Positions 1 through 9,654 of a stretch of DNA of 25,254 nucleotides are shown here, in pieces. Numbering within the stretch: the first letter of the stretch is position 1; every line of letters starts with the position of its first letter. The notes under the pieces are model-generated. The model saw only the letters and a program-made list of their open reading frames with translations, did no database searches and was not told where the DNA came from. This DNA is from a virus (taxonomy: Duplodnaviria > Caudoviricetes). Made by a program: the position numbers and the translations under genes. The stretch is from IMG/VR virus record IMGVR_UViG_3300049042_000232, positions 1 through 25,254 of that record; one strand, written 5' to 3'.

Positions 1-40
1 GAAACTCCGTCCGTCCTAACTTGTTGTGGGGTAAGGGGTT

Positions 41-373
41 GTGATGCAACTCGATTCCCTGTCTGATGTGAAACTAATCGGCAGAGCATTGACGCAAGGG
101 TGGCTGGCTGGTCACGAGGAACGCAAACGTGCGGCAATCAATGCTCTGTTTGATGTAGTTGAAAACAGTGTCGACGAAGAAATGAAAATCAAAGCGTTCA
201 CCGCTTTAGTGAAAGCGGATCAGGCGGACCTGAAACGCAAAGAAGTAGAAATCAAAAAACAGGCGATCGATGACGCAAAGCGTTTTAGATTACTTGAACT
301 CGTTAGAAACCTCCCGGCTGGAGAGCTGGCTAAGCTCGCACCAGGTGACGCGGGAGTTGCTGACGCAGGATGA
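41..373 (+). CDS. Small helical protein, putative terminase small subunit
   Basis: 110 aa helical/charged ORF directly upstream of and overlapping the large terminase; GTG start after a G-rich RBS-like run. Positional call only. Confidence 0.5.
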   Translation: MMQLDSLSDVKLIGRALTQGWLAGHEERKRAAINALFDVVENSVDEEMKIKAFTALVKADQADLKRKEVEIKKQAIDDAKRFRLLELVRNLPAGELAKLAPGDAGVADAG

Positions 374-2501
374 GCGCGGTCGAGACAGAGACAGAAAAGC
401 GAAACTCCGGGCGTCGGAACGTGATCTCAAGATCCGTATTCCGAAGGAACCACAACGCAGGCTCGATGCACTCAATGATGGGGAAGTGTTCCTGACGACG
501 TATTTCCCGGAAGTGTTCTTTGAGCCGTTCACCGCTGACCGTCGCGACATGCACGAATCAATTGTCAGGGCTGCGCGATATGGCGGCGATCAGGCGATAG
601 CGGGTACGCGTGGCGAGGGAAAAACAAAGCTTGCGATTTACACGGCTCTGTACTTGATTCTCAGTGGGCTTTCGCGTTTTCCAATCGTGATCGGCAAGAA
701 CCAGCGAAAATCAGAAGCGGAACTTCGGACGGTACGCGAAAAGCTTCAGCAGTCTGCTTTGTTGCTCGAAGACTTTCCAGAACTATGCCAGCCATTGCAA
801 GCGATCGGCGGGTGGTCGTCGCGTGCAAGAATGCAGACAGTCAAAGGGGAATTCACCAACGCGGAACTGGCGGCGGATCATTTGATCTTTCCGACAATCG
901 GCCGGCATCAGTTGCCGGATGACTGGCCGGAAGAGATTCAGCCGGTGAGCCGTGGTCAGATCATTTCCAGCATCGGAATTGACGGCGGCATTCGTGGAAC
1001 CAATTACAGAGACGTTCGGCCTGACATCGCAATTATTGACGACATCGAAGACCGTCAGGCGGCTGAATCTGATGCGTTGATTGAGAAAAACGAAGAGATC
1101 ATTGAGCAGGATATCGGTGGATTGGCAGCGTCCGCGGAGCGAGTCGCCCGCGTGTTTCTCTGCACGATTCAGAACAGGAAATGCATTGCGTTTAAGTTTA
1201 CCGATCCGAAGCAGAAGCCATCATGGAAGGGCAAGCGATATCGGAAGATGGTGCAACCTCCAGACCGGATGGACTTGGTCCAAGAGTACATGCGTCTGAG
1301 AATTGAACGGGAAAAGACAGAAGACCCTGACGCACGCGTTGCGTTTCGGTTCTGGAAAGACAATCGGGCGGAAATCGAACGAGATTGCATCATCAGCAAT
1401 CCGTCAAGCTTCTCAAAGAAGATGCACGAGGACGGGGAACCGCTCGAGTTGTCAGCAATCCAGTCCTACTACAATAAGGTTGCCGACTGGGGCGAAAAAG
1501 CAGTAGCAACCGAAGTCGATAATGATCCTCCGGAAGAAGTCGGACCACAGGGGAGCGGGCTCACATGGCACACTGTGGCAGATCGATTGAGCGGCCTCGA
1601 CAAAGGCCAATTGCCAGCAAACGCCTCTTGTCTTACGGCTGCGATCGACCTCGGAAAATATCTCTGTCACTGGGTCGTCATTGCTTGGTGGAAAGGCGCG
1701 GGTGGCTGCGTCATTGATTATGGCAGAGCCGAAGTCACTGGAACAGATCGTGCGATGGACAATGAAGCCAGTGAGCCAATGATTTACCGGGCTTTGTTGA
1801 ACTGGCGTGACGAACTGCTACAGAAGGAATACGTTGACGCGGCCGGCTCCGCTCGCAAGGTCGACGCAGTGTTCGTCGACTCTGGAACGTTCACCGATGC
1901 TGCCTATCAGTTTGTGAGAGACGTCAAGGGGGCTCCGTTTTTCGTTTCGAAGGGCGTCGGAAACTATCGCGACAAGACCACGGAAACGGATCGAATCAAA
2001 CCGGGCAACCATTTTCACGCAGCATATCAGGAAGCTCAGGGCCTGTGGTTGTACGAACTCGACACAGACTACTGGAAACAGTTTGTGCATGAACGGTTTC
2101 TGACTCCGACCTTTGACGAGCAAAACTTCCTGCGTCGTGGTGCGTTGTCGTTGTTTGTTCAGCCGAACGACAGGAAGCATACGTCATACGCTCAACACAT
2201 CGTCGCCGAAGAACTGGTGAGCGAGTTCAAAGAAGGCAAAGGAACGAAGACATACTGGAACCGAGTCAGCGAAAATAACCACTGGCTTGACGCGACGTAT
2301 ATGTGTGCGGCTGCGGCAAGTGCTCGCGGCATTTATCTACTGTCACCCACCGCAGAGAACCCCAATGGCCCAAGCGTCACTCCTCGACAGAAAGCCCCAA
2401 ATGAGCAAGCGAAACAACCGGCAGGAAAGCCAGCGGCCCAACGTCATGGAGTTCCCAAAAGACGGCCAGGAGGATGGGTCAACAGTCTCCGAAAGCGTTG
2501 A
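270..2501 (+). CDS. Terminase large subunit (lambda gpA-like)
   Basis: Walker A AGTRGEGKT, Walker B IAIIDDIE, nuclease acidic motifs AAIDLG, VFVDSG and NNHWLDA; upstream of the head-completion and portal genes. Exact start uncertain. Confidence 0.9.
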   Translation: MTQSVLDYLNSLETSRLESWLSSHQVTRELLTQDERGRDRDRKAKLRASERDLKIRIPKEPQRRLDALNDGEVFLTTYFPEVFFEPFTADRRDMHESIVRAARYGGDQAIAGTRGEGKTKLAIYTALYLILSGLSRFPIVIGKNQRKSEAELRTVREKLQQSALLLEDFPELCQPLQAIGGWSSRARMQTVKGEFTNAELAADHLIFPTIGRHQLPDDWPEEIQPVSRGQIISSIGIDGGIRGTNYRDVRPDIAIIDDIEDRQAAESDALIEKNEEIIEQDIGGLAASAERVARVFLCTIQNRKCIAFKFTDPKQKPSWKGKRYRKMVQPPDRMDLVQEYMRLRIEREKTEDPDARVAFRFWKDNRAEIERDCIISNPSSFSKKMHEDGEPLELSAIQSYYNKVADWGEKAVATEVDNDPPEEVGPQGSGLTWHTVADRLSGLDKGQLPANASCLTAAIDLGKYLCHWVVIAWWKGAGGCVIDYGRAEVTGTDRAMDNEASEPMIYRALLNWRDELLQKEYVDAAGSARKVDAVFVDSGTFTDAAYQFVRDVKGAPFFVSKGVGNYRDKTTETDRIKPGNHFHAAYQEAQGLWLYELDTDYWKQFVHERFLTPTFDEQNFLRRGALSLFVQPNDRKHTSYAQHIVAEELVSEFKEGKGTKTYWNRVSENNHWLDATYMCAAAASARGIYLLSPTAENPNGPSVTPRQKAPNEQAKQPAGKPAAQRHGVPKRRPGGWVNSLRKR

Positions 2502-2745
2502 GCCGGCGGTAATCCTAACGGAGCCAAAGACGCTGCAGGTTGCAACAGAGTTGCTGAAAACCACGACGCAGCCAAAACCGCGAGTGACGTCATTCGTTCC
2601 GCAGAACTGCACGTCATGTCAGCGGCTGCGTGAACTGGATCCAGCCACTCAAGGGAATTCATATTCCCGTGTTTACAGCACGCAGGGCCGAACGCGGTAT
2701 TGCAAGTGCGGGTACTGCGGGCACACTTGGAAAGAGGTGGAATAA
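2401..2745 (+). CDS. Zinc-ribbon protein (Ogr/Delta-like C-terminus)
   Basis: CTSC...SRVYSTQGRTRYCKCGYCGHTWKE motif; ATG 2401 chosen over TTG 2287; start uncertain. Confidence 0.6.
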   Translation: MSKRNNRQESQRPNVMEFPKDGQEDGSTVSESVEPAVILTEPKTLQVATELLKTTTQPKPRVTSFVPQNCTSCQRLRELDPATQGNSYSRVYSTQGRTRYCKCGYCGHTWKEVE

Positions 2746-2747
2746 CT

Positions 2748-2960
2748 TCACGCATCCTTCGTCGCGAACCGCTTCGCTCCGAAAAAAAACATCCCCAAAC
2801 CAATCAGGATGAGAACCACTCCAATTCCATTCTTGATGGAGTAGTACCAGTCCGTGTCTGGTGTCGACGCGGCGTTGTTGGCCTTGGCGGAAAATTCTCC
2901 GCCAAACCATGCGAGCAACGGGCCAAAGGTCACCATGAAACCGGCAACAGTTTTCGACAT
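2748..2960 (-). CDS. Small two-TM membrane protein, antisense moron-like gene
   Basis: AGGAG RBS 8 nt before ATG 2960; 70 aa with two hydrophobic segments (VAGFMVTFGPLLAWFGG; GIGVVLILIGLGMFFFG). Confidence 0.7.
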   Translation of the reverse strand: MSKTVAGFMVTFGPLLAWFGGEFSAKANNAASTPDTDWYYSIKNGIGVVLILIGLGMFFFGAKRFATKDA

Positions 2961-3057
2961 GCGATCGACTCCTAAGCAAAAGTGAATTGCCACGCCATAG
3001 CATACGCACAACGTTGAGTTTTGCCAAACGGATCACACAAAAGCGAAACTGTGTGAT

Positions 3058-3273
3058 ATGGCAACTCCCGCTTCTTTGCTGGCACAGATTGACGCAGCGA
3101 TTGAAGCACTGCTGACCGGCGGTGTTTCCTCGTACTCGATCGGCTCTCGCACGGTCACCGCACTCGACCTGTCAACGCTCATGGATCAGCGACGGCTTCT
3201 GCAGGCGGAAGTCGACCGCGAATCAGGCGGCGGGATCTTTCGGCTGGCCAAAATGCAGAGGACCAGCCGATGA
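3058..3273 (+). CDS. Head completion protein (gpW-like)
   Basis: 71 aa, helix-SYSIGSRTVT-helix pattern, ATGA overlap with portal; lambda A-W-B synteny. Confidence 0.8.
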   Translation: MATPASLLAQIDAAIEALLTGGVSSYSIGSRTVTALDLSTLMDQRRLLQAEVDRESGGGIFRLAKMQRTSR

Positions 3274-5858
3274 TCGGATCCACGATTGACCGGCTTGTCG
3301 GGCTGTTCTCACCTGCGGCTGCAGTGCGTCGAACGCAGCAGCGGCGAACGCTTGAGCGGATGTACCAGGGAGCCGAAGCAAATCGGCTCACCAACAATAA
3401 GAAGCCAAAGAACCAATCCGCTGACAGCGAGTTGCTCGGCCCATTCGGGGCTGATGCTCTGCGTGCGTGGTCCCGTGCATTGGTGCGAGACAACGCCTAC
3501 GCATGGGGCGTCGTTGACACAATCGTCAGCTCTGTTGTCGGCAGCGGAATCACCGCACAGAGTCAGGTGGAAACGCCTGAGGGAACTGACATTGAGGACG
3601 TCAACGAACTCCGAGACAAGGTGTGGTCGGAGTGGTGCGAAGTCTGCGACGTCAACGGACGTCTGAGCTTTGCTGAAATTCAGCAGCTCGCACAGCGTGA
3701 GATGGTCGAAGCCGGTGAAGTGTTGATTCACTTCGTCAATACGCCATCTGAAAAGTATCGCGGCATCTATCGCCCCGTCCCTCTGGCGATCGAACTTATT
3801 GAAGCTGATCGTCTCGCCAACGAAAAAGACACGTACAAGGTACGCAGCACCGACGGTAACCGCATCACGCGCGGCGTTGAACTCGATGACCTTGGAAAGC
3901 CGTTGGCGTACTGGATCTACCCGGAACATCCGAACGGACCATACACGCAAGGGCGACAGGAACCAGTCCGAGTCGACGCGAAAAACATCTTGCACTTGTA
4001 TCGTATGGATCGCATCGGCCAAAGCCGTGGAGTGTCGTGGTTCGCTCCCGTCATGTCATGGTTGCGGGATCTTGGCGTTTACGTCGACAACGAGATTCAG
4101 GCGTCTGCTGTGGCGTCGTGTTTTGGTGTGGCAATCAAAACCGAGGGGCGAGCCGGCACTGGTTTAATGCCGTCGACCGACAGTGAAAGCACAGATGATA
4201 ATGGAAACGGCTTTGAATATCTCGAGCCTGCAATGGTCGTCAGGCTGCGTCCTGGCGAATCCGTGGAATCGATCAATCCAGGTCGTCCGAACTCCGCGTC
4301 AGAACCGTGGATCAACCTGATGCTTCGCGGTATCAGTGTCGGCACCGGTCTCAGTTACGAAGTCGTCTCCAGAAACTACAGCGGCACCAGTTACAGCAGC
4401 AGCCGTACCAGTATGCTCGAAGACCGTCGGCGTTTCCGTCGCTGGCAGAAATACATGGTGCAGCACTGCTGTCAGCCAATCTGGGATCGTTTTTGCGAGC
4501 AAGCTGCAACTGCCGGCGTTGATGGTTTCCCGTCAATGTCCGAAGTTCTCGACGATCGCAGGGCTGCAACAGCAGTCGAGTGGCAGACTCCTGCGTGGGA
4601 GTGGGTCGACCCACAAAGCGAACAAGCTGCGTCTGATGCTGCTCTGACATCATTTCAGAGTACGTATCAGGATGAACTTGGCCAGCGTGGAAAGAACTGG
4701 CGGAACGTGTTTTACCAGCGGGCCAAAGAAGAAAAGCTCAAGCGGTCTCTGGGCCTCGTTACTGCTGATATGGCAAATGTGGAAGCGGCACAGGCCGAAG
4801 CTCAACAGATGGCGGCGACAGGTGCTGCAGCGTCTGGGGATACCACAGCGCAGCAACCAGCCGGTGAAATGTCTGACATGAGCCGCATGCAGTGGAGTAG
4901 AAATCGAAAAGCTATTGAAGACATCCTTGCCGAACTAATCGCAGGCACTGCCAGCGAGACGAAGGCTCGAGTGTTTTTGCAAACGTTAGGGCTCACAGAA
5001 GCCACTGCTTCGGCACTGATTACTGATGCGATGGATGGAACCGTTGACACGGATCTGAGCCAGGAGCCAGCAACGGAAACTGTGCAACGTTCCGGAAAAT
5101 GGGTTTCGACAGAAGATGGCTCGTCATTGTACATAGAAGACGGAGTAGCCAAGACAGGCCCAAAGGGAAAAGAAATCGAAGACGGGAAAGACGGCCCGAA
5201 GCCTGAGGGGGCTGCGACGGAAAAGGCATCCAGTAAAAAAACGGAGGATCGTAGATTCCCCGGACGTCCTAAGGTTGGTGAAGTAGTCAATAAGGTAAAA
5301 ACCGACGTCGGTGTGGTTTCTGTTGTTGTATCAAAAGCAGAAGATAGTGTTGTCGATTTCGGTGATAAGGCAGGGCAGGTCATAGACGACGCTGTGCAGA
5401 TGCAAATCAAAATCGGAAACGAGGTTATCGCTGAAACGAAAGTCGGAACGACTGCAGAAGCAGAGCGGCGAGCCGACAAGCTTTTGGCAAAAATCACCGA
5501 AAACGCTAGTAAAGTCGGCAAGACGGCGGATGTTGATTCAGTGACGATTGACGACAAAGAAATAACGATTGAGGTTACGCACGACGGCTATGGTGGCTAT
5601 CACGGACATTTAACAACTACCAGTGCCTCTGGTGATGAACAGTATTTCAGCAAAAACGGGTTAACGCCGATAGAGCCAGATTTCGGGTCAAATCCTTCTC
5701 GCGGTGAATTCAAATCACCAGAGCAAGCAAAACGAATTCTCAATAAACGAGCCGAAAAATTTGCAAAAGCAGTAAATGCGAATGACGCAGAAATCGCAGC
5801 TATTGACGCTGAACGATTGAAAAACGCAGGTGATTCGGAATCAGACAATGAGTCGTAA
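3270..5858 (+). CDS. Portal protein, lambda family, with ~350 aa C-terminal extension
   Basis: Motifs LRAWSRALVRDNAYA, IELIEADRL, RIGQSRGVSWFAPV, SYSSSRTSMLE, WEWVDP in the first ~500 aa; ORF runs uninterrupted to 862 aa. Confidence 0.93.
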   Translation: MIGSTIDRLVGLFSPAAAVRRTQQRRTLERMYQGAEANRLTNNKKPKNQSADSELLGPFGADALRAWSRALVRDNAYAWGVVDTIVSSVVGSGITAQSQVETPEGTDIEDVNELRDKVWSEWCEVCDVNGRLSFAEIQQLAQREMVEAGEVLIHFVNTPSEKYRGIYRPVPLAIELIEADRLANEKDTYKVRSTDGNRITRGVELDDLGKPLAYWIYPEHPNGPYTQGRQEPVRVDAKNILHLYRMDRIGQSRGVSWFAPVMSWLRDLGVYVDNEIQASAVASCFGVAIKTEGRAGTGLMPSTDSESTDDNGNGFEYLEPAMVVRLRPGESVESINPGRPNSASEPWINLMLRGISVGTGLSYEVVSRNYSGTSYSSSRTSMLEDRRRFRRWQKYMVQHCCQPIWDRFCEQAATAGVDGFPSMSEVLDDRRAATAVEWQTPAWEWVDPQSEQAASDAALTSFQSTYQDELGQRGKNWRNVFYQRAKEEKLKRSLGLVTADMANVEAAQAEAQQMAATGAAASGDTTAQQPAGEMSDMSRMQWSRNRKAIEDILAELIAGTASETKARVFLQTLGLTEATASALITDAMDGTVDTDLSQEPATETVQRSGKWVSTEDGSSLYIEDGVAKTGPKGKEIEDGKDGPKPEGAATEKASSKKTEDRRFPGRPKVGEVVNKVKTDVGVVSVVVSKAEDSVVDFGDKAGQVIDDAVQMQIKIGNEVIAETKVGTTAEAERRADKLLAKITENASKVGKTADVDSVTIDDKEITIEVTHDGYGGYHGHLTTTSASGDEQYFSKNGLTPIEPDFGSNPSRGEFKSPEQAKRILNKRAEKFAKAVNANDAEIAAIDAERLKNAGDSESDNES

Positions 5859-8049
5859 AAAAGGCAAACTGCCTCCAATCAAAAACGCTTCACTTGTGCT
5901 CCGATCCGTCGGAGTTACCAACGGCGTCACTGACGTTGTAATCGCCACTGAAACACCGGTCAGGCGATACGACGAGGAACGCGGTTATGTGATCAACGAA
6001 GTATTGCTGATGGAAGGCGTGATACTGCGAACCAATCAGCAGCAAATGCCAATCGTTGACAGCCACGACGATTCCACAGTGAGAAACATTCTCGGAAGCA
6101 TTCGCGGCTTGCAAGTCGTCAACGGAGAACTTCACGGCCAGCCGATTTTTGCAAGCGATCCGGAAGCACAACTAATTTGCCAGCGGATGAACGAAGGTCA
6201 CATCACAGATTTTTCGATTACCGCTCTACCACTTGAATCACTGTTCGTTCCTCATGGTCAGTCATTCACGACGACACGAGGAGCCACCATTGAAGGTCCA
6301 GCCATCATTCACACGCGATGGCAACCACACAACGCTTCGATCTGTGCCACAGGTGCAGACGAGCTTTCTACTGTCCGCAGGTCCTATACAGACCTCGAAA
6401 GAAAGGTAAGAAGAATGGACGAGGCACTACTGGGCCAGCTCGCAGCAATGGGGTTGCCCGAAGGAATGACGGATCCAAATCAGATCCTGTCATGGGTCGT
6501 TGGCAAGATGGCACCGGCCAAAGCAACCGATGCAAAACCGATCGAAAAATCGATGGATGCACCAGTTGTTGCACCGAAGGAAGAAGAGGACGACATGATT
6601 GAAAAAATGGACGGTGCAAAACCGGCTGTTGAAGACCCGAAGAAGATTGAGGAAGCAATCGCACGAGCGTTGCGAATTGACGCCAAGAGACGACACGAAA
6701 TCCAGTCGATCTGTCAGGTGCACAAAATCGAGCGGTCATTTGCCGATCAGCTTTGTGATTCCGGAGTTGACCTCAACACCGCCAGAGAAAAGGTACTTGC
6801 ACGCATGGCTACACGTCCGGTCGGACAGTCAACAGATCGTGTCAACATGACAGAATCTGCCGATGACAAGATGTTCGCAGCAATGCGAGATGGTCTTGTC
6901 GTGCGAACCTTCCGTCAGGGTGGAATTCGTGGCCAGGCATCAGCAAAGCTTGCTGCAGGTCACGAAGATTTCGTGAACATGAAGCTCGGCCGTGTTGCTG
7001 AGATGTACGCTGAAAAGCTCGGCTGCGACGTTCGCCGAATGGCTCCGAAGGATATCGCACTGGTGGCGATGGGGCACCCTGGCACGCTTAACCGATATCG
7101 TGTTCAGCGAGACGCGTACCACACGACCGGCAGTTTTTCGAATCTGCTGCTGGATGCAGCGAACAAGACACTGCTGGCAGGGTACGAAGAAGCGCCGTTC
7201 ACGTGGTCAATGTGGGCTCGCGACGCTGGCACAACGGCGGACTTCAAGAACCTGAATCGAATTCGGTTCAGCGAAATGGGGACGCCGGAAATGGTTCCAG
7301 AGGGCAAGGAATACCCTGACGCTCCGATGAGCGATGCACGCGAGACGTACAAGGTCAATAAGTACGGCAACATGTTCACCATCACATGGGAAACTGTCGT
7401 CAACGATGACCTCGACGCCATCAGTCGTATTCCTGCAATGCAAGGAGCAGCCTGCCGACGTCTGCAGAATCAGGCCGTGTATGGCGTTCTGACAGGTAAT
7501 CCAGTGATGGCTGATACTGGGGCGCTGTTCAACACAACAGCACAGACTTCTGCTGGTGGTCATGCCAACCTGACGACTGGTGCTGGTACTCCGACTGTTT
7601 CGACGCTGAACACCGCGTATGTCAGCATGATGACGAAGAAAGGCTTGCGTTCGGATGTGATTCTCAACATTCAGCCAGCTTTCCTGATTGTGCCAGCGGC
7701 ACTCGGTGCAACCGCATTGCAGCTCGTTGGATCAATTGCAGATCCATCCGTGGGTGGCAGTGTTGCAGGTAACAGCAACACGAAAAACATCTACGGGCCA
7801 AACGGTGATCGACCGCTGAAGGTGATCATCGAGCCTCTGCTCGACGCGAACAGTTCGACAGCTTGGTATCTGGCTGCGAATAACAGCCAGGTTGACACCG
7901 TCGAAATTACCTTCCTCGAAGGCGAACAGTCCCCGGTTCTTGAAAATGAATGGGATTTCGACAAGGACGTTTACAAGTACAAGGTTCGCCAGACATTCGG
8001 AGTTGCTCCGATCGACTATCGCGGCCTGTACAAACACAACGGAGCGTAA
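5848..8049 (+). CDS. Prohead protease-scaffold-major capsid protein fusion (HK97-type protease plus Mu gpT-like capsid)
   Basis: N-terminal PIVDSHD...FSITA...ASICATGAD protease motifs, acidic helical linker, capsid motifs HTTGSFSNLL, ADFK, YGNMFTITWETVVNDDL, YKVRQTFGVAPIDYRG. Confidence 0.9.
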   Translation: MSRKKGKLPPIKNASLVLRSVGVTNGVTDVVIATETPVRRYDEERGYVINEVLLMEGVILRTNQQQMPIVDSHDDSTVRNILGSIRGLQVVNGELHGQPIFASDPEAQLICQRMNEGHITDFSITALPLESLFVPHGQSFTTTRGATIEGPAIIHTRWQPHNASICATGADELSTVRRSYTDLERKVRRMDEALLGQLAAMGLPEGMTDPNQILSWVVGKMAPAKATDAKPIEKSMDAPVVAPKEEEDDMIEKMDGAKPAVEDPKKIEEAIARALRIDAKRRHEIQSICQVHKIERSFADQLCDSGVDLNTAREKVLARMATRPVGQSTDRVNMTESADDKMFAAMRDGLVVRTFRQGGIRGQASAKLAAGHEDFVNMKLGRVAEMYAEKLGCDVRRMAPKDIALVAMGHPGTLNRYRVQRDAYHTTGSFSNLLLDAANKTLLAGYEEAPFTWSMWARDAGTTADFKNLNRIRFSEMGTPEMVPEGKEYPDAPMSDARETYKVNKYGNMFTITWETVVNDDLDAISRIPAMQGAACRRLQNQAVYGVLTGNPVMADTGALFNTTAQTSAGGHANLTTGAGTPTVSTLNTAYVSMMTKKGLRSDVILNIQPAFLIVPAALGATALQLVGSIADPSVGGSVAGNSNTKNIYGPNGDRPLKVIIEPLLDANSSTAWYLAANNSQVDTVEITFLEGEQSPVLENEWDFDKDVYKYKVRQTFGVAPIDYRGLYKHNGA

Positions 8050-8070
8050 TGCTCTGGTGGCGTAATCTCT

Positions 8071-8100
8071 GCCGGCTGGTCATGCGGCCAGCCGGTTTTC
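8071..8100 (+). terminator. Probable intrinsic terminator after the capsid gene
   Basis: GCCGGCTGGTC-ATGC-GGCCAGCCGGT hairpin followed by a short T run. Confidence 0.65.
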
Positions 8101-8156
8101 TGAAAGCATCTCCCACGGTAGCGGAATGCGAAGACCCGTTTTGAAAGGTAAATACG

Positions 8157-8807
8157 ATGGCTGGTATTCAGGATTTTCAGGAATGGTCTGATGACTTCAA
8201 TGGTGCTGTAGCAACACTGCCAACGTCGGCAGATCCAGCGTCGCCATGGCTCGTTGACGACACCTCTTCGTCAGGCACTCCGACGTACACGAAGGGCACC
8301 AGTGAAGCCGTTTTGACACTGTCGTCTACGACGGAAGTGAACAACGTCTGCCTGCATTTCAACGACGCTCTCGACTTCGATATTGATTCCATCATCCGAA
8401 TGGAATTCCGAGCAAAGGTAACAGCAACACTCGACAGCGCAACTACGGTCGTGATGGGTCTTGGCTCTGCTCGTGCCGATGATCCGGATGCAGTCGCAGC
8501 CAATGCGTTTTTCAAGCTCGCCGGCAGTAACGTCGTTGTGGTCGAAACTGACGACGGCACGACTGACAACGATGATAACGCCACCGGTGTTTCACTCAGT
8601 TCGACATACAAGCGTTTCGTGATTGATTTCAGCGGCGGCAAATCAGACGTCAAGTTTTACATCGACGGCGTGAAGGTCGGGACTGAAACATTCACGATGT
8701 CAGAATATTCCTCTGGGCTGCAGCCGATCTTCCAGATTCAGAAGACCAGCGACAGCAACACGGATGCACTGACAATCGATTATGTGAAGGTTGTTTCCCG
8801 TCGATGA
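8157..8807 (+). CDS. Beta-rich virion protein, putative capsid decoration (lectin-like fold suspected)
   Basis: GAAAGGT RBS; acidic S/T/D-rich 216 aa with N-terminal DDF and C-terminal LTIDYVKV; directly after the capsid gene. Confidence 0.5.
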   Translation: MAGIQDFQEWSDDFNGAVATLPTSADPASPWLVDDTSSSGTPTYTKGTSEAVLTLSSTTEVNNVCLHFNDALDFDIDSIIRMEFRAKVTATLDSATTVVMGLGSARADDPDAVAANAFFKLAGSNVVVVETDDGTTDNDDNATGVSLSSTYKRFVIDFSGGKSDVKFYIDGVKVGTETFTMSEYSSGLQPIFQIQKTSDSNTDALTIDYVKVVSRR

Positions 8808-9166
8808 GCCTTGCTGAACGGATCGTAACCGATGCGGGAGCGGTGTTCCTGAACAGCGATCACTTCGCTGAGACAGTGACATATTACCCGCATCGATTTC
8901 ATACGGCGGCTGTTCGGGAACCACGGTCGATTAATGCCGTGGTCATCCGAAATCAGGTGTCGACGTTCAATCCGGATGAACAGATCCTCACAGAGTTTGA
9001 AGTCCGGGTTGCTAACGATTCGACCACTGGTATCAGCAGCGCCGAACTCGACACAGGGGGAGACCAGATTTCTCTGGCTCCTCGTGTCGGGGATGAACCG
9101 GTCAAAAAGTCTATTCAGTATCTGACGGAACATGACGGCGGAATGTTGGTGCTTATATGTCGGTGA
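8804..9166 (+). CDS. Head-tail joining protein (gpFII-like)
   Basis: 120 aa, FLNSDHFAETVTY motif, neck position, ATGA coupling. Confidence 0.6.
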   Translation: MSLAERIVTDAGAVFLNSDHFAETVTYYPHRFHTAAVREPRSINAVVIRNQVSTFNPDEQILTEFEVRVANDSTTGISSAELDTGGDQISLAPRVGDEPVKKSIQYLTEHDGGMLVLICR

Positions 9167-9654
9167 TCATTGAAAAACCGATCGTCACGCAAATCTCAGA
9201 CGAGATTTTTACGCGATTGGAAACACTGATCACTGAGCCGAACGACGCGTTCACGTTCGTTGATGTGGTGCGGCCAACAAAGCTTGCGACATACACGCCG
9301 GCTCACGGATTGATTGTGTTGACGCGTGGAGAAATCGCCCGCGTCACTGAGCTGGACTGTCCCGGCAATCCGCCAGCCATTGCATGGATGCAGACGTTTT
9401 TGATTCGAGTTCATATCGCTCCCAGTGAAAAAGATCCGACACCGATTGAACTGTATGAAGACGTCGCAGAGGCAGCGATACACAAGGCGTTGAGGACTTC
9501 CGGCACATGGCACACGTTTGGCGGAATTGCCATCAATGCAGACTTCGGAGCACAGCAAACAGCGACGTCTGACGGGGGCTATGACGGAATCGCGGTTCCT
9601 GTGATGGTGACGTTTCGGGTGAGTGAAGGCGATCCGTACACGGTGCGAAACTGA
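9157..9654 (+). CDS. Tail terminator/completion protein candidate
   Basis: 165 aa acidic, ends ...DPYTVRN, neck module synteny. Confidence 0.5.
   Translation: MSVIIEKPIVTQISDEIFTRLETLITEPNDAFTFVDVVRPTKLATYTPAHGLIVLTRGEIARVTELDCPGNPPAIAWMQTFLIRVHIAPSEKDPTPIELYEDVAEAAIHKALRTSGTWHTFGGIAINADFGAQQTATSDGGYDGIAVPVMVTFRVSEGDPYTVRN

Noticed and set aside
4802-5557. Long antisense ORFs (also 3309-4022, 12644-13084, 23038-23772)
   Set aside because: Shadow frames of well-supported plus-strand genes with no independent motifs.
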